Shown: piece by piece, positions 30,631 to 39,828 of the stretch
Numbering within the stretch: position 1 is the first letter of the stretch
Layout: each line of letters starts with the position of its first letter
From: an uncultured delta proteobacterium
GTDB taxonomy: Bacteria > Desulfobacterota > Binatia > UBA9968
Direction of reading: 5' to 3'
DNA length: 48,615 nucleotides
Assembly (NCBI GenBank): GCA_963728565.1
Contig: CAVSLC010000024.1
Span: 1-48,615, forward strand
Translations under genes and position numbers: made by a program
Notes under the pieces: generated by a model
The model's input: only the letters and a program-made list of their open reading frames with translations
What the model was told of the DNA's origin: nothing
The model's database searches: none

Positions 30631-32136
30631 TTAAACAACTCCCAGGGGTATGACTTCGCTTTCGAGGGGAAAGATTGAGGCTCCGCTGGGACAAATATTT
30701 CTCCCCATGAACGTCGAGACATCGCTATCAATACTCGATCGCTTAACTGAATCAGACGCCAGCAGTTCAACGGGTACGCCATGGGCGCGCGCCAATTCAA
30801 GTGCCAACAATGAGCCACAGATACCACTGGCTCCCTGCGAGCCGAGCCGGCTATAGTAGAGATAGAGCTTACTGATTTCGTCCCGGGCGAAAAAAAATCC
30901 TATCATGTTGTCAGAGATCAGAGTCGTTGGCAGATTGTGCTCAAGCAGCGCGGGCGCCACGGCATGAACACCCCACATATGCGGCCGCATTTCCGGAATT
31001 AAGAAACGGCTGGCTCGCTCAGCTTTCAGCGCACTGATTAAGTGATCGCGCTGATCTAAAGGCGGGATACCATAAACGAGCAGGTACTTGCTTCCATCCT
31101 TTATCGGGCTAGGTGCTGGGGATCTCTGCTGCTGGTACTTTCGGCGGAAACTTTCAGGTGTGTAGACACCGTCAAACCCAATAAAATACGTAATTAACGG
31201 CGCCGGCGTAACATCAAAAGCAGGATAGCGGACCGCAACGCTAGCGTCGGCTATTAGCTGCCGTCCTTGGAAGCTTAGCAGCTCTGCGCCCGGCCTTTCT
31301 TCGATCGGCACATCGCTCCCTTGCACCAACGAACGCGGGTCTTGAACCAGCACGTGAAATGGAACTCCGTATCGCTTTGCCATTACCGCCAGCGGATAGG
31401 TGCCGACTTTGTTGATGATATCGCCATTCTGTGCCGCACGATCCGAACCGACGACGACTGCATTGGCTTCGCCTCTAGCCATCACCTGGGCGATGGCGCA
31501 ATCGGGAATCAGTGATACGCGAACGCCTCCTCGTGCGAGCTCCCAAGCGGTCAGTCTCGCGCCTTGCAGGTACGGTCGGGTTTCCGTGGCGATGGCGGCG
31601 AAGTCTTTGCTCATCGTCGCGCAATGCTGCGCTATCGCCAACAGTTCTCCACTCATGTTGCAGTGGGTTAAAACCCGCACCGGGTCGGGCAAAAGCTCGG
31701 CAGCGCGCTTTGCTCTTGCACGCCGGGCACGGACGATCTGCGCGGCGAAATCACAAGCTCGCTCGCTAATCCACTCACCGGCACTCACGTTTCCCGGCAG
31801 CTTTTCAAACCACTCTTCGAAATATTGACCCAGTCCGCGGAAATCGAATGTCGGTCGCGCTCGGCAGAACTCGTGGGTCAGTTGATCGATCGATTCTCGC
31901 AGCGGGGGGATTTCCTTCGCGTGATAGTTTTGCGCCAGGAGCGCACCGCTATAGAGGAACGTAAGGACTTGACCAAAGGCACGCGTTTTCATCTCCCGCA
32001 CAGCATCGATGGCCTGCGAAGCATCTTTGACGCTGATATATTGGATCTGCTCGGGAAGCGAAATCTCATCGAGAATTCGAAAACCGCCACCTTCCCATAG
32101 AACCGGCTCAAAAAGCGGGCTTTGTACCGAATTCAT
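30631..32136 (-). CDS. mtnA: MtnA-like ribose-1-phosphate isomerase (eIF-2B family) with an extra degenerate C-terminal copy of the IF-2B domain
   Basis: ARPT, LTHCN, ETRPYLQGARLTAWEL, VGSDR..NGDIINKVGTY, PAFDVTP. The last ~150 aa repeat the domain (EMRPHMWG...LISDNMIG). Confidence 0.8.
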   Translation of the reverse strand: MNSVQSPLFEPVLWEGGGFRILDEISLPEQIQYISVKDASQAIDAVREMKTRAFGQVLTFLYSGALLAQNYHAKEIPPLRESIDQLTHEFCRARPTFDFRGLGQYFEEWFEKLPGNVSAGEWISERACDFAAQIVRARRARAKRAAELLPDPVRVLTHCNMSGELLAIAQHCATMSKDFAAIATETRPYLQGARLTAWELARGGVRVSLIPDCAIAQVMARGEANAVVVGSDRAAQNGDIINKVGTYPLAVMAKRYGVPFHVLVQDPRSLVQGSDVPIEERPGAELLSFQGRQLIADASVAVRYPAFDVTPAPLITYFIGFDGVYTPESFRRKYQQQRSPAPSPIKDGSKYLLVYGIPPLDQRDHLISALKAERASRFLIPEMRPHMWGVHAVAPALLEHNLPTTLISDNMIGFFFARDEISKLYLYYSRLGSQGASGICGSLLALELARAHGVPVELLASDSVKRSSIDSDVSTFMGRNICPSGASIFPLESEVIPLGVV

Positions 32137-32159
32137 AAACGATCTGCAGTTGCACCAGG

Positions 32160-32894
32160 CTAAAAGTACTTGAGAGCTTCGCGGGCAACCGCAATGATTT
32201 TCTCTTCGGCTGCGAAAAACAAAGGGTTACGAAACCCGAATTTGCCGTGCAAACACTCATCCGACACGGCAAGAATGGCACCGGCCTTTTTCTTTCGAAC
32301 TTGAGCGATCGTCAAAAAAGCCGAGGTCACCATGTCGATGCTCGAAACATTTTGTTCTGTGAGTTGCGCGATCAATTCCGGCGTTTCCTGGAATAGCGCG
32401 TCAGTGGTAAAGATCCAGCCTAGATGGAAGCGCACGTGCAGGCTTTCCGCGGCTCGCTTCAATGCATCGACTATCTCGGGGTGAGCCCGGGTGGAAAAAT
32501 TATTCGCCACGTAATAGGGCGATGTGCCTTCACCGCGCAGGGCTCCGGTCACGATGATCAGATCGCCAATCTTCACATGCTCCTGCAACGAGCCGCAACT
32601 TCCGACGCGGATCAGCGCTTGGGCACCGGCACCGCAAAGAATTTCGGTGGTAATCGCCGCGTCCGGAGCGTAGCGCCCGCCATTTCCGACGGTTACTCTC
32701 TTTCCGTCCAGAGTTCCGGTGTGCATCTCGTAATCCAGGAACGTGAAGTTTTTTTGCGGTTGATCCAACATACTCAAAAGCAATTGGCTCCGATCCTTCG
32801 GGCCGGGAATCAAGGCATAAGGACCGAGAGAGTCGGCCTTCAGCCCGAGCATCGAGAGCATTCTTTGCGGTGTAAAGTGAGCTTCTTTGAGCAT
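32160..32894 (-). CDS. Nucleoside phosphorylase (PNP_UDP_1, hexameric Udp/DeoD/MTAP type), divergent
   Basis: IPGPKDR, IRVGSCGSL, GDLII..GALRGEGTS..Y, TTDALF, SIDMV, AVSD. Confidence 0.85.
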   Translation of the reverse strand: MLKEAHFTPQRMLSMLGLKADSLGPYALIPGPKDRSQLLLSMLDQPQKNFTFLDYEMHTGTLDGKRVTVGNGGRYAPDAAITTEILCGAGAQALIRVGSCGSLQEHVKIGDLIIVTGALRGEGTSPYYVANNFSTRAHPEIVDALKRAAESLHVRFHLGWIFTTDALFQETPELIAQLTEQNVSSIDMVTSAFLTIAQVRKKKAGAILAVSDECLHGKFGFRNPLFFAAEEKIIAVAREALKYF

Positions 32895-32897
32895 CGA

Positions 32898-34121
32898 TCA
32901 AACAGCTTGGCCGACAAACTCAATCAGATCTTGGGTCGGCAGAGCAGGCTGTTCAAGCGCATTGAATGAGCGCTGGCATAACGCGCTTGAAGTCAAAACC
33001 AGTTCGGCGCCGGTCTCCTTCGCCTCACGCATACGATCGGTTGCGCTCCATTGAGCGAGGTTGGGATCCGCTTCAGGAACACCGCCACCGCCGCCGCAGC
33101 ACCATGCCCAACGTTGGTTCCGTGTCATTTCCACGACCTCGACTCCAGGAATGGCGCGCAAAACGGTGCGCGGCGCTTCGTATATGCCGCAACCTCGCCC
33201 CAAATGGCAGGAATCGTGGTAAGTAACTTTTTGTCGAATCGGTTTGGTGATTTTCAACTGACCCGCCCGTAAAGCGGCGTCGAGATATTCCACGCCATGC
33301 AAGACTTCCAAATCGGCGGCACCAACTTTGGCATTCTCGCGCCAAATGCGCCGGCAACTGCCGCAAGCAACCACCAGCCTTCGCACTCCACCTTGCGTAA
33401 TTACGGCCAGGTTTTCCTGTTGCAGACGCTCGTACTCGCGCCGAAATCCGAGATCGTAAGCATGCAACCCGCAGCATTTTTCCTGATCACCGAGGATAAC
33501 AAAGTCCTCGCCTGCCTTTTGCATCAGCTTGGCTAAGGCCACGACACCGGCGCGGCCGCTTGGCTGATCGGCGGAGCAACCGGCGAACAACAGCGTCGGG
33601 GCATGTCGCTCAGCAATTTTAGCCAGCCCCAATCCGTCTGCCCAAAAGCCGCGTTCTGCCCTCGTTTGTGACCAGGGGTTATCGTGTTGCTGCAAGCCCT
33701 GGTATAGGTGGCGATGAGCGGCAATCGGACCCTCTTCCTCAGTGATCTGCTCGCGCATGGCAACCGTAATATCCCATGGGCCGTAACCGTCAGCCCGGAC
33801 GCCGCAAAGCTCCTGGCACATCAGGCAGGTTGTACAACTATAGACGATTTCCTTGAGTTCGGGCGTGATCGGGTCAAGCCCGTGAAAGACCCGCTGCGCC
33901 ATCAGCCAACGCGACTTTGGCGTGTGGCGTTGGAACCGATAAAATTCATAAGGCGGGCATTTTTCTTTAGGCCCGGGAACGTCTTCCATCGGATTGGCCG
34001 GGCCGTGCCCATAACAGGAGCCGCATAAAACACAGCCACTGCTGCGCGCATTTAGATCTTTGGCATAAAGCCATTTTTTGACCCGCTCTAGGCCGAAGTT
34101 TTTTTTGGATTCGTCTTGCAC
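32898..34121 (-). CDS. Fe-S oxidoreductase with 2x[4Fe-4S] and CCG domains (GlpC/HdrD/FadF-like)
   Basis: CVLCGSC, CTTCLMCQELC, KCCG, YHDSCHLGR, CCGGGGG. Confidence 0.88.
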   Translation of the reverse strand: MQDESKKNFGLERVKKWLYAKDLNARSSGCVLCGSCYGHGPANPMEDVPGPKEKCPPYEFYRFQRHTPKSRWLMAQRVFHGLDPITPELKEIVYSCTTCLMCQELCGVRADGYGPWDITVAMREQITEEEGPIAAHRHLYQGLQQHDNPWSQTRAERGFWADGLGLAKIAERHAPTLLFAGCSADQPSGRAGVVALAKLMQKAGEDFVILGDQEKCCGLHAYDLGFRREYERLQQENLAVITQGGVRRLVVACGSCRRIWRENAKVGAADLEVLHGVEYLDAALRAGQLKITKPIRQKVTYHDSCHLGRGCGIYEAPRTVLRAIPGVEVVEMTRNQRWAWCCGGGGGVPEADPNLAQWSATDRMREAKETGAELVLTSSALCQRSFNALEQPALPTQDLIEFVGQAV

Positions 34122-34160
34122 AGTATGAAGCGTGTAAGATCCGCAGCTGTTTTGAAGAAA

Positions 34161-34210
34161 TGAAATCTTAAGACATCAATTGTATAGCCCCAGACAAACT
34201 GGCGTGTCAA
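34161..34210 (-). promoter_or_regulatory. Operon promoter with a putative MarR operator
   Basis: Minus-strand TTGACA...TATACAAT, followed directly by the imperfect palindrome TGAaaTCTTAAGAcaTCA (34161-34178). Confidence 0.55.
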
Positions 34211-34214
34211 CAAA

Positions 34215-34673
34215 CTAGCTTAGAATGGCGAACTCGGCGTGATTCAGCTTTCGTAGCAAGGCGGAGAGTTCTTTCTGATGCGGAAGATCGAGCGAAGAAA
34301 AGATTGCAGACACACTTCTCTCAAAGAGAGGAATCGTGGTCTTGTATAAGTTGGCTCCTTTATCTGTCAATGTTACGTGAACAACACGGCGGTCGGTTGA
34401 GTCGCGCTTTCTTACGACCAGTTTTTTTTGCTCAAGCCGGTCAACGATACCGGTAAGATTGCTGACCGTCACCATCATCTTAGCGCCGATCTCGCCAAAT
34501 GGGAGGCTGCCGGCGTAACCGATGGTTGCGAGTACGTAGAACTGTGGCGGTGTTAAACCGACTTTGCCAAGATCAGATTCCAACTTTTTATGCGACGAGA
34601 GATTAAACCTTAAAAACCGCACCCAGAGACTCGTGCTGTAGGAAGCAAAAAAGGGACGTTTTTCGACTCGCAC
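34215..34673 (-). CDS. MarR family transcriptional regulator
   Basis: GLTPPQFYVL, NLTGIVDRLE, RDSTDRR..HVTLTDKG. Confidence 0.92.
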   Translation of the reverse strand: MRVEKRPFFASYSTSLWVRFLRFNLSSHKKLESDLGKVGLTPPQFYVLATIGYAGSLPFGEIGAKMMVTVSNLTGIVDRLEQKKLVVRKRDSTDRRVVHVTLTDKGANLYKTTIPLFERSVSAIFSSLDLPHQKELSALLRKLNHAEFAILS

Positions 34674-34812
34674 GTGGCCAATTTAGTCGGCGTCAAATGA
34701 AAAAGCAATAAATAGCTCGTCGTTTGCGAATTGAGAGTTGATTCGTGGAAGCGGTTCCGCGGCTTGACTCCTAAAGCCCGGCGGCTTAACTGGAATTACA
34801 ATCGAAGTAAAA

Positions 34813-35547
34813 ATGAGACTCCATATACTGGGCTGCGGTGATGCATTCGGCAGTGGTGGGCGTAATCAAAGTGCATACTTAATCGAGGCCCCGGACCGCC
34901 TGTTCTTGCTGGACTGCGGCGCAACTTCTTTGCTCGCGCTCAAGAAGCTCGGATTTAATTCGGGCCAACTCGATGCCATCTTCTTGAGCCACCTGCATGG
35001 CGATCACTTTGGCGGCTTGCCTTTTTTCTTCATCGAATTTCTGTATGAGAAGAGCCGCGAAAAGCCGCTGCATGTGGCCGGGCCCGTGGGAACAGAAGAA
35101 AAAGCTCGTGCCGTCTTCGACCTGATGTACGGAAAGGGCACCAAGGCCGGAGATCTTGCAAGTATCTGCTTCCATGTTTTAGAGCCTGAGAAAACTTCAA
35201 CGATTCAGGGAATTGAGGTATTTCCATTCCGCGTGCCGCATCAGGTGAACGAAATATCGCTCGCGTTGAAGGTTAGTTATAACGGCAAGCACGTTTTGTT
35301 TTCGGGAGATTCGGCCTGGACAGATGCGTTTCTAGAGCACGCCCGGGAGGTCGACCTTTTCGTCTGCGAGTGTACCTTCTACGACCGGGAGACCTCGAAC
35401 CACATGAGCTACCTACAGTTGAGAGAACAATTGCCACGTTTGAGCTGCTCTCGAATCATACTGACTCACATGGGCTACGACATGCTCGCTCGTAGCGCCG
35501 AAATTTCCTGCGCGATGGCAGAAGATGGAATGGTCGTGGAGATTTGA
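34813..35547 (+). CDS. MBL-fold metallohydrolase (RNase Z/BN-like)
   Basis: LGCGDAFGSGGR, SHLHGDH, SGD, LTH. Confidence 0.88.
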   Translation: MRLHILGCGDAFGSGGRNQSAYLIEAPDRLFLLDCGATSLLALKKLGFNSGQLDAIFLSHLHGDHFGGLPFFFIEFLYEKSREKPLHVAGPVGTEEKARAVFDLMYGKGTKAGDLASICFHVLEPEKTSTIQGIEVFPFRVPHQVNEISLALKVSYNGKHVLFSGDSAWTDAFLEHAREVDLFVCECTFYDRETSNHMSYLQLREQLPRLSCSRIILTHMGYDMLARSAEISCAMAEDGMVVEI

Positions 35548-35551
35548 AGAA

Positions 35552-36794
35552 CTACAGGGGCGGCTCTATCTGGCTTCCAACGCTCTCGTTTTCGGGAATG
35601 ATGGAATAGGGCAGCACAATGGCCCGATGGCCGCTTTCTTTTAACACGTCCTGGAGTATCTCCTGCGCCTCCGAAAGCTCGGCGTAAGGACCCAAGCGGA
35701 CACGATAAGAAGCTCTCGCCTTTGTCGCTTAGCGTTGTTTTTTCGACAAAAGCATCAAAGCCTTTTTCCGAGAATGCCTTCACCAGAGCTTCTGCTCTGT
35801 GCTGCTCGCGAAATGAACCGACTTGCAGAATGTAACCGTCGCTAGAGGGTTTGAGCGCGGCCTCTTCCTGCGGCATTACCGCTAATGCGGATAATTTTGC
35901 CGGGTCCGGATTGGCTCGCCGTGCAGTTAGGGACTTCACAGCTGGTGTCAACGTATTAAGGACGTGGTAATTATCGAATCCGTATTCTAGAAGGCGTTTC
36001 GTATCACCCCAAAGATCGCGCGAGCCGAGTAGCGACACTATCAGGGTTACGCCATTTCGCTCGACCGCACCGACATAGCATTTTTGAGCGGCAAAGGTAT
36101 AGCCTGTTTTGCCGCCGATCGCGCCATCGTAGTTCCACAGAAGCCGGTTGTGATTGCGCACTGAGATCAGCCGCGTCCGCGTGCTTTTCTTTCCGGGCGA
36201 CAGCGATCTCACCGAACTCATTTTCGTACGCATAATTTCTCGGAACGTTGGATTTTTCATTGCGTATCTGAAAATTAATGCCAAATCACGAGCCGTCGAG
36301 TAATGATCCACCGCGGTCAATCCATGCGGATTACTAAAATGCGTATTGATTGCCCCAAGATCATGTGCCTTTTTCGTCATGATCTCGGCGAATCTTTCCA
36401 CGGAACCCCCGATGCCCTCGGCCAATACGACACTGGCGTCGTTAGCGGAGCCTAGCAGCACCCCATAAAGCAGATCTTCAATACTGACCGTTTGTCCCGG
36501 CTTGAGGTAAAGCTTGGAGGCAGGCACCCGGGTCGCAGCTTTGGAAACGGTTAGTCGTTCGTTGGATCGTTTCTGACTCTCAAGGGTCAGAATTGCAGTA
36601 AGTACTTTAGTCGTGCTGGCTGGTGGAAGCGGGGTGTCAGCATTTTTTTGATAAAGGATCTTGCCGGTTTTCGCATCCATTAGAAGTAGTGCGCGGGCGG
36701 ATAAGTCATCGTCTGGAGAAACTGCCCAGAGCAAAGAATTAGGCAGAAGCGCGGAGATAAACAGGAATCCCGCTATAGTCAATCGTAAGTTCAA
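35552..36794 (-). CDS. dacA: D-alanyl-D-alanine carboxypeptidase (peptidase S11) with a C-terminal SPOR domain; one frameshift near 35715
   Basis: PASTTK, SAN, NPHGL, KTG. The SPOR domain (YILQVGSF) continues in another frame as YRVRLGPY to a stop at 35552. Confidence 0.85.
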
Positions 36795-37072
36795 TCTTTT
36801 CAGCTTCTTGGCCTCTCTTTCGGGGCTGCTTCACTGGATGCGCTGGTCGCTCGGAAGCATCAAAATAGAACCAGTTTATATCATATTTCCCGATCTCAGG
36901 ATAGCTTTTTGTCCTTCGAACTGTGTTCCATTAATACTAGCTGCAATTAAATTGTTGGTCCGAGCCCAGGATCACATCTTGGAGGGCGCCAGTAAGCGAA
37001 TCTCCTTTGCGCCGGAGGTTTCGTCGAAGATACTGATGCAGGGCTCAGAGACTGCGTAGATCTAACTGAGAT

Positions 37073-37615
37073 CTACTTCAAAATCTTAATCTGGGAGGGA
37101 TTTTCCAAGACCATTTCCAACCCATATTGCGGATGATCCTTTATCTCCCCACGTAGCTCCACGTCTCTGCCATCAAACGCTTTTGGCGGCAGCTTATGTT
37201 GCTCGAAAAGATCCACGGCCGACGCAAAGATGACCGCCGTCAGCGCGGACCGGGAAGGTCCGAAATTGAGAAAGTAAGTGTTGCTTTTGGCCGAATGGCC
37301 GACACGAAAAATTCGGCCGCGAATCCGCGCAGGCTTTCCGGCCAAAGCACGAATCTTTTCGACCTCGAGCGCCTGCAAAACAGGAGGTTCGACCGCTTGT
37401 TCATCAACCGGCAAACGCGTGAACTTGACGGCAAAGCTTGGAAGACCCGGGGACGGTTGAAGCCGCACCACATCCAACGTCATGGATTCGTCGACTTGCG
37501 CGATCGGAGGATTCCAACGTTGATAAAGAACTAGGGTGAAGACTCCCGCAAAAAACGCGGCTATAAGTGAGATCGCGTGTCTCGGCGCGAAGTCTTTCAA
37601 GATTTTCTCTCCCAC
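37073..37615 (-). CDS. Membrane-anchored OB-fold protein
   Basis: N-terminal TM helix; YFLNFG..LTAVIF, GRDVELRGEI, PSQIKIL resemble OB-fold nucleic-acid-binding domains. Confidence 0.65.
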   Translation of the reverse strand: MGEKILKDFAPRHAISLIAAFFAGVFTLVLYQRWNPPIAQVDESMTLDVVRLQPSPGLPSFAVKFTRLPVDEQAVEPPVLQALEVEKIRALAGKPARIRGRIFRVGHSAKSNTYFLNFGPSRSALTAVIFASAVDLFEQHKLPPKAFDGRDVELRGEIKDHPQYGLEMVLENPSQIKILK

Positions 37616-38133
37616 AAACGCTCAAAAATCCGTCGGTATTCCTCTGCTAACGGCCCGGCATCACGAAAAAGTAAAAGATTTTCATCATTGGAGCTGTCGG
37701 CGGCTTGGGTCCAATTATAGGAGCCGGTAAACACGACGCGGCGGTCGATGATGGCGAATTTCTGGTGCATGAGCCCAGCCTCTCGTGCCGCATTGGGTGG
37801 CTTGCTGCCTGACAGACGCCGTACCGGAATTCTTTGAACCTCTAAAAATTTACCTTTAGACTTGTCATTGCGCGAGTCAAACTCCCGATCAATGATGACC
37901 TGAACCATGAGACCCCGCTTCTTGGCTTGTACCAAAGCGCCGGCTAGTTCGTCGCTTGTGAACGCGTAGACGGCAACCAGAAGTTCTCTTCTAGCATTCT
38001 CGATTTCTCGTACAATATGGGTAGAGCACTTACCTTGGGGACTAAAACAAGCTTCCACAGCCATATCGGCGCTGGCGGAGGCAATGAGCGTAAAGAAAAT
38101 TGCGCCTGCAATCAGGAATGGAAATGGCTTCAT
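37597..38133 (-). CDS. Phospholipase D family protein (Nuc-like endonuclease), secreted
   Basis: Signal peptide, FSPQG, VYAFT, single HKD motif HQKFAIID, TGSYNW, NDEN. Confidence 0.88.
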   Translation of the reverse strand: MKPFPFLIAGAIFFTLIASASADMAVEACFSPQGKCSTHIVREIENARRELLVAVYAFTSDELAGALVQAKKRGLMVQVIIDREFDSRNDKSKGKFLEVQRIPVRRLSGSKPPNAAREAGLMHQKFAIIDRRVVFTGSYNWTQAADSSNDENLLLFRDAGPLAEEYRRIFERLWERKS

Positions 38134-39499
38134 ATTGCCGCGATCCGGTCGCCGTAGCTTGGGACCGTCCGACCTCCCAAGCACATCTGCAAAATCAGCC
38201 GTTCCATGACTAATTCCGGGTTTGCTCCGCTCGACTTCAAGAGCAGATCCGCATCGTGAATACCGCGCATGTGTGAAAGCAACTCGGGCAACGAAAATGT
38301 TTCAGCTCGCTGAAAACAGAGATAATCCGCGTACGGGTTACGCGTCAGTAATGTCGTCCTCTGGTCGATGATCGCTTGCTCAAATTGCTTGTAGGTCATA
38401 CCGCGCTTCCACCGGCCGCGCAAATCACTTTCGAGTATTTGCCGCGCAGATATAAGCTTCCGCAGTTCAGCCGCAATGACGCTCAGTAATCTCAGTGGGT
38501 GATCACCTCCCGCCAGCAGCCGAACTAGCTGGCAGAGAGCCGCTGTAGCGTCGCGCGCGGCAATAAACCGGGTAAGATCGAAAATCCAACCTTCGATTTG
38601 GTCCGCGAAAATCGTCTCAACATCATCAGCGCGGATCACCGCGTGTTCACCGACGTAGAGCACCAACTTATTCAGCTCTTGTTGAAGAGTGCGTAGATCA
38701 TCCCCGGCGCGGAGCAAAATCAATTCGCGGGCTTTCGGATCAACCCGCTTATTGGAAGAGACTCAACTGTCGGTCAATAAATTCCCGCAGCTTGTCTCGG
38801 CTGATCTTGCCAAACCGATCACGCTCGAGACCAAGAAAAAATATCGCGCCGTTTTCTTCGAATTGCTTGTAGAGTCGAGTTCGCCGATCCACTTGCGCTG
38901 CACTGAGGAGCAGAAAATCCCAGGACGGCAAACCTCCGTTCAATAGTTTCCGAATTGCGTTTTCTTCGGAGTCACGGCCTTCTTTAAGCTCAAATCCTCT
39001 GATCTTACAGTATGCGACCAGCGCGTCGGCTGCTTCCCTGCCGTCATGATCTTGTGCCTGTAACAGCTCAAATACGGCTGCGGTCCCTGGACGGTTCGAG
39101 CTGTTCCCATTGTTTTTGGCTCCAACCCTCGATGGCCAGTAAATTGAATAAAAGCTTACCTGCATCATCTTTCTTGTCCTCACTCCATAGCTGCATTATT
39201 TTCTGCCCGAGTTCGCTTTTATTCTCACGCGAAAGAAAGTAGGGCGCGCTTTCGACCCATACAAGCTTTTTTCCGGGCAAGAACGGGGGAGTCAAAAGCG
39301 ACAATTCAATCTGATCCCATGCCGCTGAGCGGCCGTCGAACCGCTCAAGATTAAATTCTCTCTGGTCGGGGGGAACGACAACATCGATCAGCGCCTTGCA
39401 GGCCGATTGTACCTGCAGATCATCGCCGAATAGAAGCACCAAGGCCGGTCCACTACCATTCCCAACGTCAGTTAGAAAATTTTCAAAATTTCGTTTCAT
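38130..39499 (-). CDS. holA: DNA polymerase III delta subunit, split by two frameshifts
   Basis: Fragments 39068..39499 (LLFGDD, FNLERFDG, TPPFL..KKLVWV), 38749..39183 and 38130..38723 (LQQELNKLVLY, IFDL, DLLLKSSG). Confidence 0.82.
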
Positions 39500-39600
39500 G
39501 CCGTAGCTAGTGTTTGGGCGAAAAGGGTCGAGCTCTTTTGCTTGGCGCTACGCGGGAGGTACAATGACCTCACCACACCAAGAGTACTACCGGATTCCGG

Positions 39601-39828
39601 TCAATGTTTGGGAACCCACATCTGGTTTTTCTCACTCCAGGCATAATCTGACTTCCAAACTTTGAGTCCCATGGTGTATTTACCGCCAGATTTCGAAACG
39701 AAAATCCTCTCGTTCGAATGAGGAATCTCAACCCGGGCGATAATGAGAACCTTCTTTGAGATTCCCTTGTTGATCAAAATACGGTCACCGACGCGCATCG
39801 TCGGCCGATTATCTTTGCGAGCTTTCAT
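39601..39828 (-). CDS. Small basic hypothetical protein
   Basis: 75-aa Lys/Arg-rich, beta-strand-like ORF upstream of holA. Confidence 0.5.
   Translation of the reverse strand: MKARKDNRPTMRVGDRILINKGISKKVLIIARVEIPHSNERIFVSKSGGKYTMGLKVWKSDYAWSEKNQMWVPKH

Noticed and set aside
28067-34121. Canonical methionine salvage operon
   Set aside because: No mtnK/mtnC/mtnD/mtnE, the isomerase and phosphorylase are divergent, and lipid-related genes are attached. A dehydratase (MtnB) role for the class II aldolase-fold protein cannot be fully excluded.
35475-35720. Novel dacA C-terminal tail overlapping the MBL gene
   Set aside because: This is a frameshift artefact; the alternative frame completes the SPOR domain and stops at 35552.
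38130-39499. holA as three genes or a pseudogene
   Set aside because: The fragments are colinear parts of one normally essential protein, so indel errors are likely.
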